From assembly GCA_965221905.1 (NCBI GenBank), contig OZ244922.1, positions 1,376,001 through 1,440,000 on the forward strand: a DNA stretch of 64,000 bases, written 5' to 3'. Under the pieces are notes generated by a model. It saw only the letters and a program-made list of their open reading frames with translations. It ran no database searches and was not told where the DNA came from. The translations under genes were made by a program, and so were the position numbers. Shown one piece after another: positions 19,590 to 29,772 of this stretch. Origin of the DNA: Chloroflexota bacterium (GTDB lineage Bacteria > Chloroflexota > UBA11872 > VXOZ01). Positions within the stretch are counted from its first letter, which is position 1; every line of letters starts with the position of its first letter.

Positions 19590-21863
19590 ATGAATAGAGC
19601 CAATGTGCAGAGAGGTGAGAACTCAACTCTCATCAAGACTGAATCTGCTGACGAGATACCGGTAGTACATCGGCTTGCCATCATCTATCTGATGCTGCCT
19701 GTGTTGATCTGGCTGGTAGGGTGGCATCAATGGTGGGTGGGCGTACCGGCGGCGGCGTTGCTGGCGTTTGCGTGCCGGGAGGCGCTATCCGGCTCATGGA
19801 GGATGGCGGTGCGACCTCTGGCCGCCGTGCTTCTGGTGATTGCGCTGGCATGGGTGATGGTGACTGCTGCGGGCGGCTTATTTGATGTTCACAACTTTGA
19901 TTGGATCAAGCATCGGGCGATTCTGCTTGATCTCGCGCGCAACACCTGGCCGGTGTATCTTCCTGCTTGGGCGCAAAGCCTTTCCGCGATAATTCCCGGT
20001 GAAGGGGATGTAGAGGGGCTTCTGCTTCGCTACTACCTGGGCTACTACATGGTTCCCGGATTGGCCGGCAAGTGGTTTGGAGTGGAAGCGCTGAATTGGG
20101 CGGTGCCTTTGTGGTCGTGGAGTGGCGTCGCGCTAATGCTGCTCATGTTCACACGCGGCTATCTCGGTTGGAGGGCCGTGGCCGCTGCCACGATACTAAT
20201 TTTCTTCAGTGGCATGGACATCGTTTCGGTCGCACTATTCGAGGGTTTGGAGTGGCTTGACTTTCGATTGTCATTGGATGACTGGCCGCGTGTCGGGTTT
20301 GGGCGCGACTTCCTGGAGTGGAACCGCTACTGGGAAATCAAGGTGCAATTCCTATCCCATATGGTAGGGATGATGTGGGTGCCGCAACACTTCATAGCGG
20401 GTGCGCTCTATGCCTTGCTGCTGGTTCAGCTTCGACAGCACCGGCGTTTTCTTGCGGTGAGCGGTGTGGTAGTGGGTGCAAGCCTGTTCTGGTCGCCCTT
20501 TGTGGCAGTGGGACTGCTGCCGCTGGTAGCGGTATTGTTGAAGGAAAACGGCGTCCGGCCGTTCCTCCGTTGGCAAAACCTGCTCTTAGGACTGCCGTTG
20601 GCGGTGTTAGTAGTGACGTATCTAGCCAGCGGCACTGGGGATATTCCGCACTTTTGGCTTTGGGAGTTTTCCGGTTGGCAGAACGTACTGCGGGGTTTGC
20701 CGGTTCTCTACCTTGTAGAGTTCTTGCTCTTGACGGTCTTGCTTGTTCTCTTACGGCCCCGACTCCTCAAGGAACCATTCTTCCTTGTTTCCTTGGCGAC
20801 GTTGTTGCTCCTGCCTCTCTACTACTTTGGGCTACACAATGACTTGGTCATGCGTGGGTTGATACCGTCGCTGGTGTTGCTCTGCTACTATTGCGCCGGT
20901 TCTAGTCTTGGCCGGTCGTCCGATGAAAGGAGAGAAGGACGAGACTACCGTCGCAAAATCCTTTCCGGTCTGATCGTGGCAGTATTGGGCATTGGGGCGA
21001 TTGGGCCGGTAATCAACTTGGCAAGAGCGAACAGTGCCCACGACTTTGAGGTGTTCGGCTACGAGCAATTTGGACTTGAATTCTCGACTACACAAGCGGT
21101 AGGAGGGCCAATTGTCAATCAGTACTTGGCCGATGAGGTCCCTGGCTGGTATCGCGTGATGCTGCGTGACAGTGCCAATGATAATGCGCTTGCCAAGAGC
21201 GAGTTGCTGATCAGTTCCATCTTTGACGTTTACCTGCTCGATGACCGTATCTTGGTATATACGAGAACCCCGTGCACGCAGGACGACATGAGAGCCCACT
21301 TCATTCTTTCCGTATTTCCGCTGGAGGAGACAGGAAACGCGCAAGACACCCTGGACTTTGAATTTAATCAAGGCGCCGGTCTATCCATTGGTGAGACTTG
21401 TGTAACTTCACGGGCGCTGCCTAATTACAAGATCGGTCGTATTCGCGCCGGCCAGTATTCGCTCGATCGCGGTGGACATAGTTGGATGGGGATTTACCTT
21501 AGCGAAGAGTACAGAGACCGCATGATTGCGGAAGCGGGGGAGGCAGTTATTCGTTCCAATTACGATGTGTACGTCAACAAAAAGTGGCTGATTTTCAGTA
21601 AGGCCGCTTGTACTGAGAGAGACGTGGTTGCGCCTTTCACAATGCGTGTAACCCCGGTTGACGTAAATGCCCTCGGTGAACACTTGAGAAAGCAGGGCTT
21701 CGAGGAGTTTACGTTCAATTTCAGCGAACATGGGGGCTGGATTGGCGATAGTTGCCTAGTGATGCATGAGCTACCTGACTACGCGATGTTGAGCATTACG
21801 ACGGGGCAGCACATACCCGGGGGGATTCCTATTTGGGAAGGTAGGTTCTCTCTTCAGAAGTAA
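19590..21863 (+). CDS. polytopic membrane protein, putative GT-C, array copy 4
   Basis: DWIKHRAILLDL, LLRYYLGYYMVP; two C-terminal repeat domains. Confidence 0.65.
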   Translation: MNRANVQRGENSTLIKTESADEIPVVHRLAIIYLMLPVLIWLVGWHQWWVGVPAAALLAFACREALSGSWRMAVRPLAAVLLVIALAWVMVTAAGGLFDVHNFDWIKHRAILLDLARNTWPVYLPAWAQSLSAIIPGEGDVEGLLLRYYLGYYMVPGLAGKWFGVEALNWAVPLWSWSGVALMLLMFTRGYLGWRAVAAATILIFFSGMDIVSVALFEGLEWLDFRLSLDDWPRVGFGRDFLEWNRYWEIKVQFLSHMVGMMWVPQHFIAGALYALLLVQLRQHRRFLAVSGVVVGASLFWSPFVAVGLLPLVAVLLKENGVRPFLRWQNLLLGLPLAVLVVTYLASGTGDIPHFWLWEFSGWQNVLRGLPVLYLVEFLLLTVLLVLLRPRLLKEPFFLVSLATLLLLPLYYFGLHNDLVMRGLIPSLVLLCYYCAGSSLGRSSDERREGRDYRRKILSGLIVAVLGIGAIGPVINLARANSAHDFEVFGYEQFGLEFSTTQAVGGPIVNQYLADEVPGWYRVMLRDSANDNALAKSELLISSIFDVYLLDDRILVYTRTPCTQDDMRAHFILSVFPLEETGNAQDTLDFEFNQGAGLSIGETCVTSRALPNYKIGRIRAGQYSLDRGGHSWMGIYLSEEYRDRMIAEAGEAVIRSNYDVYVNKKWLIFSKAACTERDVVAPFTMRVTPVDVNALGEHLRKQGFEEFTFNFSEHGGWIGDSCLVMHELPDYAMLSITTGQHIPGGIPIWEGRFSLQK

Positions 21864-22045
21864 CTGTCAAATCTCCAGGCAGCGAGGGTCTGCTGTGGCC
21901 GCACATGAGGGGGCGAAGGAGAGGTAGTGGAAGAGCACAATCGGCAAGGCCAGGCATCTAACGGAACCACTAGGTAGCTAGCCCAATGTGCCTTCAGTCC
22001 TAACCCAGTGATGCCCAACGCTAGGCGCGAAGGCCGGCAAGAAAC

Positions 22046-23800
22046 ATGAACCCATTTATTCAACCCGACAGTGGATCTGATGAACTACCAGTATTGCACC
22101 GGCTGGCCATCGCCTATTTGGTGTTGCCTCTGGTGATATGGCTGGTGGGGTGGTTTGAGTGGTGGTTCGGTTTTCCCTCGGCCGTGCTGCTGGTGCTTGG
22201 CCTTTGGCGGGTGCTATCGGGGACCTGGCAGATAAAGATACAGCCGGTGACCGTTACACTGCTATTGATAGCGTTGGCTTGGGTGATGATGACGGCTGCC
22301 GGGGGAGTTCTTGACGTTGGAAACTTCGACTGGGACAAGCACCGAGCGGTTATGCTCGATCTGGCGCGTGGCGGCTGGCCAACCTACCTGCCTGTGTACT
22401 TTGAGGCGCCTCTGCTATTGCGCTATTACCTTGGCTACTACATGGTGCCCGGTCTCATTGGAAGCTGGTTTGGACCCGCAGTACTGAACTGGATTGTTCC
22501 ACTATGGACATGGAGTGGAACCGCGCTGATTATCCTTCTGTTTACGCGAAGGCTCTACGGCTGGAAGGCAGTTGCTGCTGCCGTAATGCTCATCTTCTTT
22601 GCCACAATCGCTCTTTCTTTCGAGCCGTTGGAAGTGGGCTGGGGTCGCACAATGCTTGTGGAGTTCATGTTTTCTCCTCAGCACTTCATAGCAGGTGCCC
22701 TGAATGCTCTGCTGATTGTTCAGTTGCGCCGCGACAGGCGATTTCTACCTGTGTACGGGGTCATACTGGCCGCAACCATGTTCTGGTCGGCTCTAATCGC
22801 CCTTGGAGTGCTCGTCTTTCTCGCCATTCTCCTTTTCGAGAATGGTATCCGGCCGTTCCTATCTTGGCAGAATCTGCTCCTGTCTGCGCCCTTACTCGGA
22901 TTGTTAGTGGTCTATCTGTCTAGTGGCGCCAACTCTATACCAAGCGGATGGATTTGGGATAGGTACGGATGGGATGGAATTGCATCCACGATCGGATTGA
23001 CGAGACTAGCCGGATTCCTCTTGTTGGCTGTGCTACTCTTGCTCTTGCGTCCTCGGCTGCGTGCAGACTCGCTTTTCCTCTCTTGTCTATTCGTGCCGTT
23101 GATCATACCTTGGTATTCGTTTGGCCTTCTCAATGAGTATCTCCGGTACGCGTCGTTGGGGGCGTTCATCCTGCTATGCTACTACTGCGTCCAAACAGTG
23201 CTAACCGAATGGGGGAGTTCTCACAAATGGATGCAACGAAGTGTATTGGTTGGGCTGACCATCGTATTGGTAGGCGGGTTTGTGAACCCTTTGATGAACC
23301 TAGCGCAAAGTGCTCCCACTGAAGGCTTTCGCGTGCTTCGGTATGAGGATCTTGGCGCAGATCTCGCTACAGTCTTGAACGCAACCGGAGCAAAGTATCA
23401 TGACCAGTACGCAACGTCTGAATTTCCGAATTGGTTTCGTCGGCTTCTCCGGGGCGCTGGCGTGGAACCCTTGGATAGAGGGGAGCTGATAATCGAGTCA
23501 GAATACGATGTGTACCTGAATGGGAAGGAGCTAATTTACGTTCGCACTCCATGTAGTGAAGAAGAGACAGATACTCGGTTCATTCTCTTCGTGTACCCTG
23601 CTGATGTTAGTCTGCTTGAAGGCCGCGAACACGACAATCAAGACTTCTGGTTCTTTTGGCATGGGAAAAGAATCGGAGGAGTCTGCATAGCAACTCAGAT
23701 GCTACCAGACTATGAAATCGACCACTTTCGAACCGGCCAGTATATAGGAACATACGTGCCAACTGGCGCACTCTGGGTCGTTGACTACCATTTCAAGTGA
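22046..23800 (+). CDS. polytopic membrane protein, putative GT-C, array copy 5 (one C-terminal repeat domain)
   Basis: DWDKHRAVMLDL, LLRYYLGYYMVP; shorter loops and a single repeat. Confidence 0.65.
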   Translation: MNPFIQPDSGSDELPVLHRLAIAYLVLPLVIWLVGWFEWWFGFPSAVLLVLGLWRVLSGTWQIKIQPVTVTLLLIALAWVMMTAAGGVLDVGNFDWDKHRAVMLDLARGGWPTYLPVYFEAPLLLRYYLGYYMVPGLIGSWFGPAVLNWIVPLWTWSGTALIILLFTRRLYGWKAVAAAVMLIFFATIALSFEPLEVGWGRTMLVEFMFSPQHFIAGALNALLIVQLRRDRRFLPVYGVILAATMFWSALIALGVLVFLAILLFENGIRPFLSWQNLLLSAPLLGLLVVYLSSGANSIPSGWIWDRYGWDGIASTIGLTRLAGFLLLAVLLLLLRPRLRADSLFLSCLFVPLIIPWYSFGLLNEYLRYASLGAFILLCYYCVQTVLTEWGSSHKWMQRSVLVGLTIVLVGGFVNPLMNLAQSAPTEGFRVLRYEDLGADLATVLNATGAKYHDQYATSEFPNWFRRLLRGAGVEPLDRGELIIESEYDVYLNGKELIYVRTPCSEEETDTRFILFVYPADVSLLEGREHDNQDFWFFWHGKRIGGVCIATQMLPDYEIDHFRTGQYIGTYVPTGALWVVDYHFK

Positions 23801-23867
23801 GGGCAGGAAGAGAATGGCTATTGTTTGTGGGCAGGGAATGCAAGCACAGAAGAGAGGGGATACTCTG

Positions 23868-24896
23868 ATGAACGATACTTTCGATTTCGATACCTTCGTT
23901 ATGGCGTACTTTGAAAAGCACCCGCCGCTGCTGCACTTTGCTGGAGAGAGCAGCGAGGAGTGGTATGTGTGGCAGAAGCGATTGCGTACGCGGCTCCTTG
24001 ACCTTATGGATCCGTTTCCGGAGCAGGTCCCGCTGGAACCGCATGTCGTCGAAGAGCGAGAGCAATTTGGGGTGCGCTACGAGAAAGTGGTATACACCAC
24101 CGCTGAGGACGTGCAGGTCCCGGCATGGCTCTTGATCCCTGAAGGCATCGACCGGCCGGCCCCGGGCATCATCTGCCTGCACGGGCACGGAAAGTATGGC
24201 AAGGATTCCGTGGCGCACGTGGACTATGGCGAGGAAGACCGTGCGCGCGAAATCGCACACTATAACTATGACTACGGCTTGCAGCTCGCCAAGCGCGGGT
24301 TCGTGACCCTGTGTCCCGACGCGCGCGGCTTTAACGAGCGCGGCGAAGGATTCAGGCGCTACGGCAGGCGCGATGGCTGCAATGTCAACGGCATCAAGAC
24401 TATGCTTCTAGGCATGAACTTGACGGCGCTCAACGCGTGGGACGACATGCGCGGCATAGACTACTTGGCGAGCCGCCCGGAAGTGGACTCGAGCAGGATC
24501 GGCTGTATCGGCCTATCATTCGGCGGCACGCGCTCAACGTACCTGGCGGCGGTGGACGAGCGCGTGAAGGCTGCGGCTGTGGTCTGCTATCTCACAACCT
24601 TCAAGCAGTATGCGCTTACTCAAGGCAACTTCTGCGGCTCGCAGTTCGTTCCCGGAATCTTGAAGTACGCGGAAGTGGCGGATCTTTGCGGCTTGGTGGC
24701 GCCGCGGCCGCTGCTCATCGAGGCCGGCATACAAGACGGAGGCTTTCCGATCACGGCCACGCGTGAAGCCTATGCACACTTGGAGCGCATATACTCGGCG
24801 GCCCACGTATCGGAAAGCCTCTGGCTTGACGAGTTCGAAGGCGGTCACCAGTTTAGCGGCGCGAAAGCCTTCGACTTCTTTAGCGCCTATCTGTAA
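23868..24896 (+). CDS. alpha/beta hydrolase (dienelactone hydrolase/acetyl xylan esterase-like)
   Basis: CLHGHG, GLSFGG nucleophile elbow, APRPLL, GGHQF; RBS GAGGGG before ATG 23868. Confidence 0.88.
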   Translation: MNDTFDFDTFVMAYFEKHPPLLHFAGESSEEWYVWQKRLRTRLLDLMDPFPEQVPLEPHVVEEREQFGVRYEKVVYTTAEDVQVPAWLLIPEGIDRPAPGIICLHGHGKYGKDSVAHVDYGEEDRAREIAHYNYDYGLQLAKRGFVTLCPDARGFNERGEGFRRYGRRDGCNVNGIKTMLLGMNLTALNAWDDMRGIDYLASRPEVDSSRIGCIGLSFGGTRSTYLAAVDERVKAAAVVCYLTTFKQYALTQGNFCGSQFVPGILKYAEVADLCGLVAPRPLLIEAGIQDGGFPITATREAYAHLERIYSAAHVSESLWLDEFEGGHQFSGAKAFDFFSAYL

Positions 24897-25143
24897 GACG
24901 GAGGCCGCGAGGGTGGTTGCTTAGCGAGGCGCAACGAACCAACCGGGGTCGGCGACCAAGGCCAAGTATGCTCGGAGGCGCGACTTCCGCGTAGACCGTT
25001 TCGTTGTTTTCCATGTCTACTACAATGGCGCTTACTTTGCCGAGCCGGCGATTGCGGCGGTCGTAGACCTGCATACCACGCAAGTCTTGAAACCGTGTAT
25101 CGAGCACACTTGCTCGCCCTTGCTCAAAGCGGCGGAGGGGCAT
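24880..25143 (-). CDS. PRC-barrel domain protein
   Basis: DLRGMQVYD...LGKV..IVVD...YAEV..ILGLG. Confidence 0.78.
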   Translation of the reverse strand: MPLRRFEQGRASVLDTRFQDLRGMQVYDRRNRRLGKVSAIVVDMENNETVYAEVAPPSILGLGRRPRLVRCASLSNHPRGLRLTDRR

Positions 25144-25438
25144 GAATTCTCACTTCCTTCTGACTGCACGTTGGCATCTGTTCCTATATATAGGATGCAC
25201 GAATAGTATTAGAGCAGTGTGAAAGGAAGATTGCCACGAGATTAGAGTTGGGATTCTACTCTTACTTACAAGCTGGATGTTCCGCGGCAAAGAGGGCCGG
25301 ATGGACGGTTGACGAGAAAACTAGGCAGGTCTTGGCGCCGGTCTCATTGTGGCGTTGGAGACAGGTGCTTGGCCTATGTGATTGGACGCGGGCACTCGCG
25401 CCCATCATAACCGGTGCAATCCCAGCAGGAGGATCTAC

Positions 25439-26725
25439 TTAACCCGGCTGAGACGCTTCTGCCGCTTCTGCTGCAGGTTCCCCCGCGTCGTCTACGTGGA
25501 AGATGAACCACGCGGCAATCGCCATCATGGGCAGGAAAGCGGCGACCGCGGCGGGACGGCCCCAGTCCAGTCCGTCTACGATGAGCGACCAAAGGAGCGG
25601 GCCGAGTACTGCGGCAAAGCGTCCCACCATGGCGTAGAGGCCGTAGAACTGACCGATGTGTTGCGCTGGCGCAAGGCGGAGCATCAGGGGCCGGTCGGCG
25701 GCCCAGGTGCTGCCAAGAGAAAACCCTCCAAGCGGCGCGATTGCCCAGAAAATGGCTGGCGTGAGGCCAAAGAGTGGAATGGAGAAGGTCAGCGTGATTG
25801 CAACGGCCCACAGACCAAGCACGATTAGCAGGGACGGCTTTGGCCCAATCCAGTCAACGACAAAGCCCCACGTTATCCCGCCCAACGAAGCCGCTGCGAT
25901 GCCTAACATTAACGCAATGTAGACCTCTCTCTCGGTAAAGCCTACCTCATTCGTCAGATAGATGCCCATGAAGATGATAAATGTGTTGGCGGCGTCGGTA
26001 TAGAAGACGCGGCCGATCAGAAAACGCCGCAGGTTTGGTAGTTTTCCCAAGCGGACAAGTGTATTGCGCAGGTCGTGAATTGCACGGGCAGCGGCTTGCT
26101 TGCCTAGCATTACGCTGCCAACGCGCGGCTTTTCGCGCACCCACAGGAAGCACGGCACCGCAAATATGAGGAAAAGCACCGCCGTGAGCTTGAAGACAAG
26201 CGGCTTGGCGTCAGGATTGCTCTCCAATACGATGAGCCCCATCAGAACGCCTATGAACGATCCCATGTAGCCTACGCCGACGCCGATGCCGCCCACGCGT
26301 CCCCGGTTTTCTTCCGTGCTAACGACCGGCAGCAGCGAGTCGTAGAAGATCAAGCCGGACTGATAGAAGACATTGGCAACGATGAATATCAAGAGTGCGA
26401 TGAATATGCCGGTGATGCCAAGCAGAAACGTTGCTAAACAGCACACGAGCGTCGCTGCTATAAGAAATGGCATGCGCCTCGGGGTCTGGTCCGAGAGCGC
26501 GCCGAGGAAAGGAGCGACCAGGAAGACAACGAACATGGAGAAACTATTGGCGAGTCCGTAGTCGCTGTCTTTGCCGCCCATGTCGTTGACGATCCACAGC
26601 GAGAAGAAGAGCGACACAATATTGAATGAGAATATTGTGTTGGCCAGGTCGTAGAATACCCAGCTTCCTACTGCCAGCAGCTTCGGACGGCTAGGCGTCG
26701 CGGCGGCAGTTGTTGCGGCTTCCAT
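25439..26725 (-). CDS. MFS transporter (UMF1/ATG22-like)
   Basis: SWVFYDLANT, PFLGALSD, GQFYGLY..GR; 12 TM; ORF extends to 26797. Confidence 0.9.
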   Translation of the reverse strand: MEAATTAAATPSRPKLLAVGSWVFYDLANTIFSFNIVSLFFSLWIVNDMGGKDSDYGLANSFSMFVVFLVAPFLGALSDQTPRRMPFLIAATLVCCLATFLLGITGIFIALLIFIVANVFYQSGLIFYDSLLPVVSTEENRGRVGGIGVGVGYMGSFIGVLMGLIVLESNPDAKPLVFKLTAVLFLIFAVPCFLWVREKPRVGSVMLGKQAAARAIHDLRNTLVRLGKLPNLRRFLIGRVFYTDAANTFIIFMGIYLTNEVGFTEREVYIALMLGIAAASLGGITWGFVVDWIGPKPSLLIVLGLWAVAITLTFSIPLFGLTPAIFWAIAPLGGFSLGSTWAADRPLMLRLAPAQHIGQFYGLYAMVGRFAAVLGPLLWSLIVDGLDWGRPAAVAAFLPMMAIAAWFIFHVDDAGEPAAEAAEASQPG

Positions 26726-27094
26726 AGTTACCTTCTTAAGTGGTTCGCTCTTGACTCGAGCGACGGCCCGTTGCAGTGTGCGGACTCCGGCAGGCACGGC
26801 GGCTCGGTCATTGCGAAATGCTCCGGTCTACAAACTTCTGCGTCTGTCAGCCAAAGATCAACGTCGATCCGGCACGAGACATGGGAACAAGCGCAGCATC
26901 CTTGCATTGGGTGAATGAATGCTACGCTGATAGGAGTATAGCAGTTGTGCTTGCTCAAGTCTTGGCCGCAAAGATGGACTTGAACCGGAAGGCAGGCAAA
27001 GCCGGCATTCACTGCCCGCTCAGGCCCCAACCGAAACGGGGCCTCTTTACGACCTGACAAGCGGTGGAAATTCAAGTGATTGTCTCAACAACGG

Positions 27095-27124
27095 GTAAGC
27101 GCAGGTTTCAAACCTGCGCCTAAC
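27095..27124. repeat. REP-like palindrome (GTAG-type, CAGGTTTCAAACCTG core)
   Basis: GCGCAGGTTTCAAACCTGCGC; related copies at 28223-28248 and 56647-56672. Confidence 0.7.
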
Positions 27125-27260
27125 CAGGCACAGGGGCCGTGTGGGCAATCGACTGCCATTGCGGCGGGGCTCAATGCCATTTTGCGGAGAAGTGTCTTGA
27201 GTGCGAATTAAGGTGCGAGAACCGCGTTGTCACGGTCAGACCGGTTCAGCCCGCGAGCGC

Positions 27261-28067
27261 TTAGCTAGACGGCTCTCTACGTTCGGTGAGCAGTGTCTCC
27301 GCCAAATTCGCCATCCCTCTTACCTGCCGCACGTGATCGTCGTAGGCATCCATCGGAGTGCGCGTGTCAATGTACTCAACGGCGAGCGGTCCCGAGAAAC
27401 CGTGCTGCGTGAGGCCGCGCAGGATTTCGGCGAAATCGACGCACCCTTTACCGGGCGGCATTTGGATCTTTTCAGGTGAGTTTCCGGCATCGCGCAGGTG
27501 GACGATTTGCGTATGTGGATACGTGATAGAGAAATCGCGGCCTTGCCACGGCCCGGCATGGTAGTGCGATGGATCGAGGGTGAGTCCAAGGTTTGGCACA
27601 GACTCTACCAGGCGCACGGCCACCGCCGGTAATTCGGTGAGACAGTTGACGTGTGTTTCGAGACAGAGAGTCACGTTGTAGGAGGCAGCGATGGCGGTGA
27701 ACGAACGGAACTCGGTGGTGGCAACGCCCAGAGGAGTATTTCTCGCAGGTGCATTGATGCAGATTGCGGGCAGATCATGGGTAGCAGCGAGCGCACATAC
27801 GGCTGTCGTTTGCTGCTCGAGTGAGACGTCTGCGTTCCGTTCAATGCCCACATTCATTGCACCTAGTGCGACGTTTGCTGCTTCCAAGCTACGACTTAGT
27901 GAGTCTGAGAAGCGCTGCCCGGAGCTAACAAGCTCCGGTGCATTCACGTGCGCCCAGCGCTGGACGCCCAGATCGACATAACGAAAGCCAAGTTGCGCAA
28001 TGCGCTGTAGGGCCCCATCAAGCGGATGCTGTGTGAAGCAGAGCGTGGAACAGGCGAGTTCCAGCAT
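27261..28067 (-). CDS. sugar phosphate isomerase/epimerase (xylose isomerase-like TIM barrel)
   Basis: LCLETH, LTLDPSH, VHLRD, PGKG.VDF, LAVEY. Confidence 0.88.
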   Translation of the reverse strand: MLELACSTLCFTQHPLDGALQRIAQLGFRYVDLGVQRWAHVNAPELVSSGQRFSDSLSRSLEAANVALGAMNVGIERNADVSLEQQTTAVCALAATHDLPAICINAPARNTPLGVATTEFRSFTAIAASYNVTLCLETHVNCLTELPAVAVRLVESVPNLGLTLDPSHYHAGPWQGRDFSITYPHTQIVHLRDAGNSPEKIQMPPGKGCVDFAEILRGLTQHGFSGPLAVEYIDTRTPMDAYDDHVRQVRGMANLAETLLTERREPSS

Positions 28068-28218
28068 GTTGGGCTACGTACTCCTATTGCCAAGGGGCTT
28101 CACTGTGGCCTCACAATGCTCTTCCACTGCCCACTACCCAAAATTGCTGCCTCGTGGTTGTGGGCTACTTTGAGTTGTGACCGGAAGTCATCTATACGTG
28201 CGGAACGGATAGCTCACT

Positions 28219-28932
28219 TTACGGTACAGGTTGCAAACCTGTGCTACCCTCATGCCTGCCGATTACCATCATCTTATTGGCTCCCTTGAGAAACTCATAC
28301 GGTACGGTGCGAACTGTGGTGTGGAAGCCCTCACGACGGAGCGTCGCCAGCGCCGGGCGGAGGTGCGGCGAGACTTGACCTTCCAGATTCAGGAGGGGAA
28401 AGACGCGGACTTCCCTCGCGACACGGCAAAGCTCGCGCAGAGCCATTAGGTGAAACGCTTCGCCCAATTGCTCTGAGTAGAGGAAAAGAAAATTGGAGCA
28501 GAGTGCAAGGTCGAAGGCGTTATCTGCAAATGCGATGCGAGGGAGCGCAGAGGCGACGTACCGATTGCCTTGATTGCCGCGCGCAAAGTCGCGCAGGAAG
28601 GCTTCCATAGCCTCCATCCGCAACTCGCCCAGCGCCTCGATTGACGGTATCGTATCCCACACGAAATTGACCCGCGTCGCAGGCATCTGGCCCATGATTG
28701 TCTCGAAGGTTGCGGCAACGCGCTGGCGAATTTCGTGGTCGGTGAATACGTAGATGGGATCACAAGAGACGACCCGGTAGCCGCGAGCCGTCATCTCTGC
28801 GTTGAAGCTCGCAGGGCCGTCTGCGCAGCCAAGGATGCGTTTTTCAAAGTCTTCTGTGCTGAGAGAGAACATGCCCACGTACTCAGCCAGCGAGCGACCC
28901 CATGGTAAGACGTGAGACAACTGCACGCCCAT
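28219..28932 (-). CDS. SAM-dependent methyltransferase
   Basis: ILGCADGPASFN, FDLALCSNFLFLY, ELCRVAREVRVFPL. Confidence 0.8.
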   Translation of the reverse strand: MGVQLSHVLPWGRSLAEYVGMFSLSTEDFEKRILGCADGPASFNAEMTARGYRVVSCDPIYVFTDHEIRQRVAATFETIMGQMPATRVNFVWDTIPSIEALGELRMEAMEAFLRDFARGNQGNRYVASALPRIAFADNAFDLALCSNFLFLYSEQLGEAFHLMALRELCRVAREVRVFPLLNLEGQVSPHLRPALATLRREGFHTTVRTVPYEFLKGANKMMVIGRHEGSTGLQPVP

Positions 28933-28950
28933 GCGGCGCCCCTTTTGTGG

Positions 28951-29772
28951 CTATTGTGTGTGGGCAGTCGCCTCGCGCATAGCGCGTACCAGGTCTGTTA
29001 GGGCCCCGTAACGCTCGGCAGCGGGGGTCTCATCCAAGATGTTAATCAACGCGCTTGCGCTGACTACGCCCTCAGCCATCTGAGCAATCGTGGCCACGTG
29101 CGCGGGCCGCGACACGCCGAAGCCCACAGCCAGCGGCAGGTCGGTGTGTCCCCGCACGCGGGCCAAGAATTCAGGCAGCGTGGTAGAGAGCTGGTCGCGT
29201 GCGCCGGTGACGCCCGTGAGCGACACGCAGTAGACGAAGCCGCTGCCGGCTTGTACGTTCGCCTCGATGCGCGAATCAGTGCTGGTAGGCGCCAAGAGCG
29301 GAATGAGGTCGAGGTCGTGTGCCCTGGCAAGAGTCGCAAATTCCTGACCCTCTTCCGGCGGCAGGTCCGGCACGATGAAGCCGTCGAGACCGATGGCTTT
29401 CGCTTCAGCGACAACGCGCTCTAAGCCGTAGTGCAGGAAGGGATTGTAATAGCCCATGAAAACGAGTGGTGTGGTCACATTCTCCGCCCGCAATTCACGT
29501 ACGAGGTCGAACGCCATAGCGAGTGTGGTGCCCTGATCAAGTGCCGTTTGCGAAGCGTGTTGGATTGTTGCCCCGTCGGCAAGCGGATCGGAGAAAGGAA
29601 TGCCAAGCTCCACCACGTCAGAGCCGCCGGCAAGCAAGGCGCGCACAACGTGCGCAGAGTCCGCCGGCGTGGGGTACCCAACGGTGGCAAACGTAATCAA
29701 CGCGGCCCGGTTCTCCGCTTTGGTTTGGGCGAATGTCGCGGCAAGTCGGTGTCTGCGACGAAGTCGGCTCAC
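28951..29772 (-). CDS. trpA: tryptophan synthase alpha chain
   Basis: [29 protein letters not shown]; GTGA overlap with trpB. Confidence 0.97.
   Translation of the reverse strand: MSRLRRRHRLAATFAQTKAENRAALITFATVGYPTPADSAHVVRALLAGGSDVVELGIPFSDPLADGATIQHASQTALDQGTTLAMAFDLVRELRAENVTTPLVFMGYYNPFLHYGLERVVAEAKAIGLDGFIVPDLPPEEGQEFATLARAHDLDLIPLLAPTSTDSRIEANVQAGSGFVYCVSLTGVTGARDQLSTTLPEFLARVRGHTDLPLAVGFGVSRPAHVATIAQMAEGVVSASALINILDETPAAERYGALTDLVRAMREATAHTQ

Noticed and set aside
11973-23800. Diversity-generating retroelement or invertase-driven shufflon acting on the array
   Set aside because: No reverse transcriptase, recombinase, non-coding template repeat or inverted cassette in the window, and the differences are not adenine-specific by eye.
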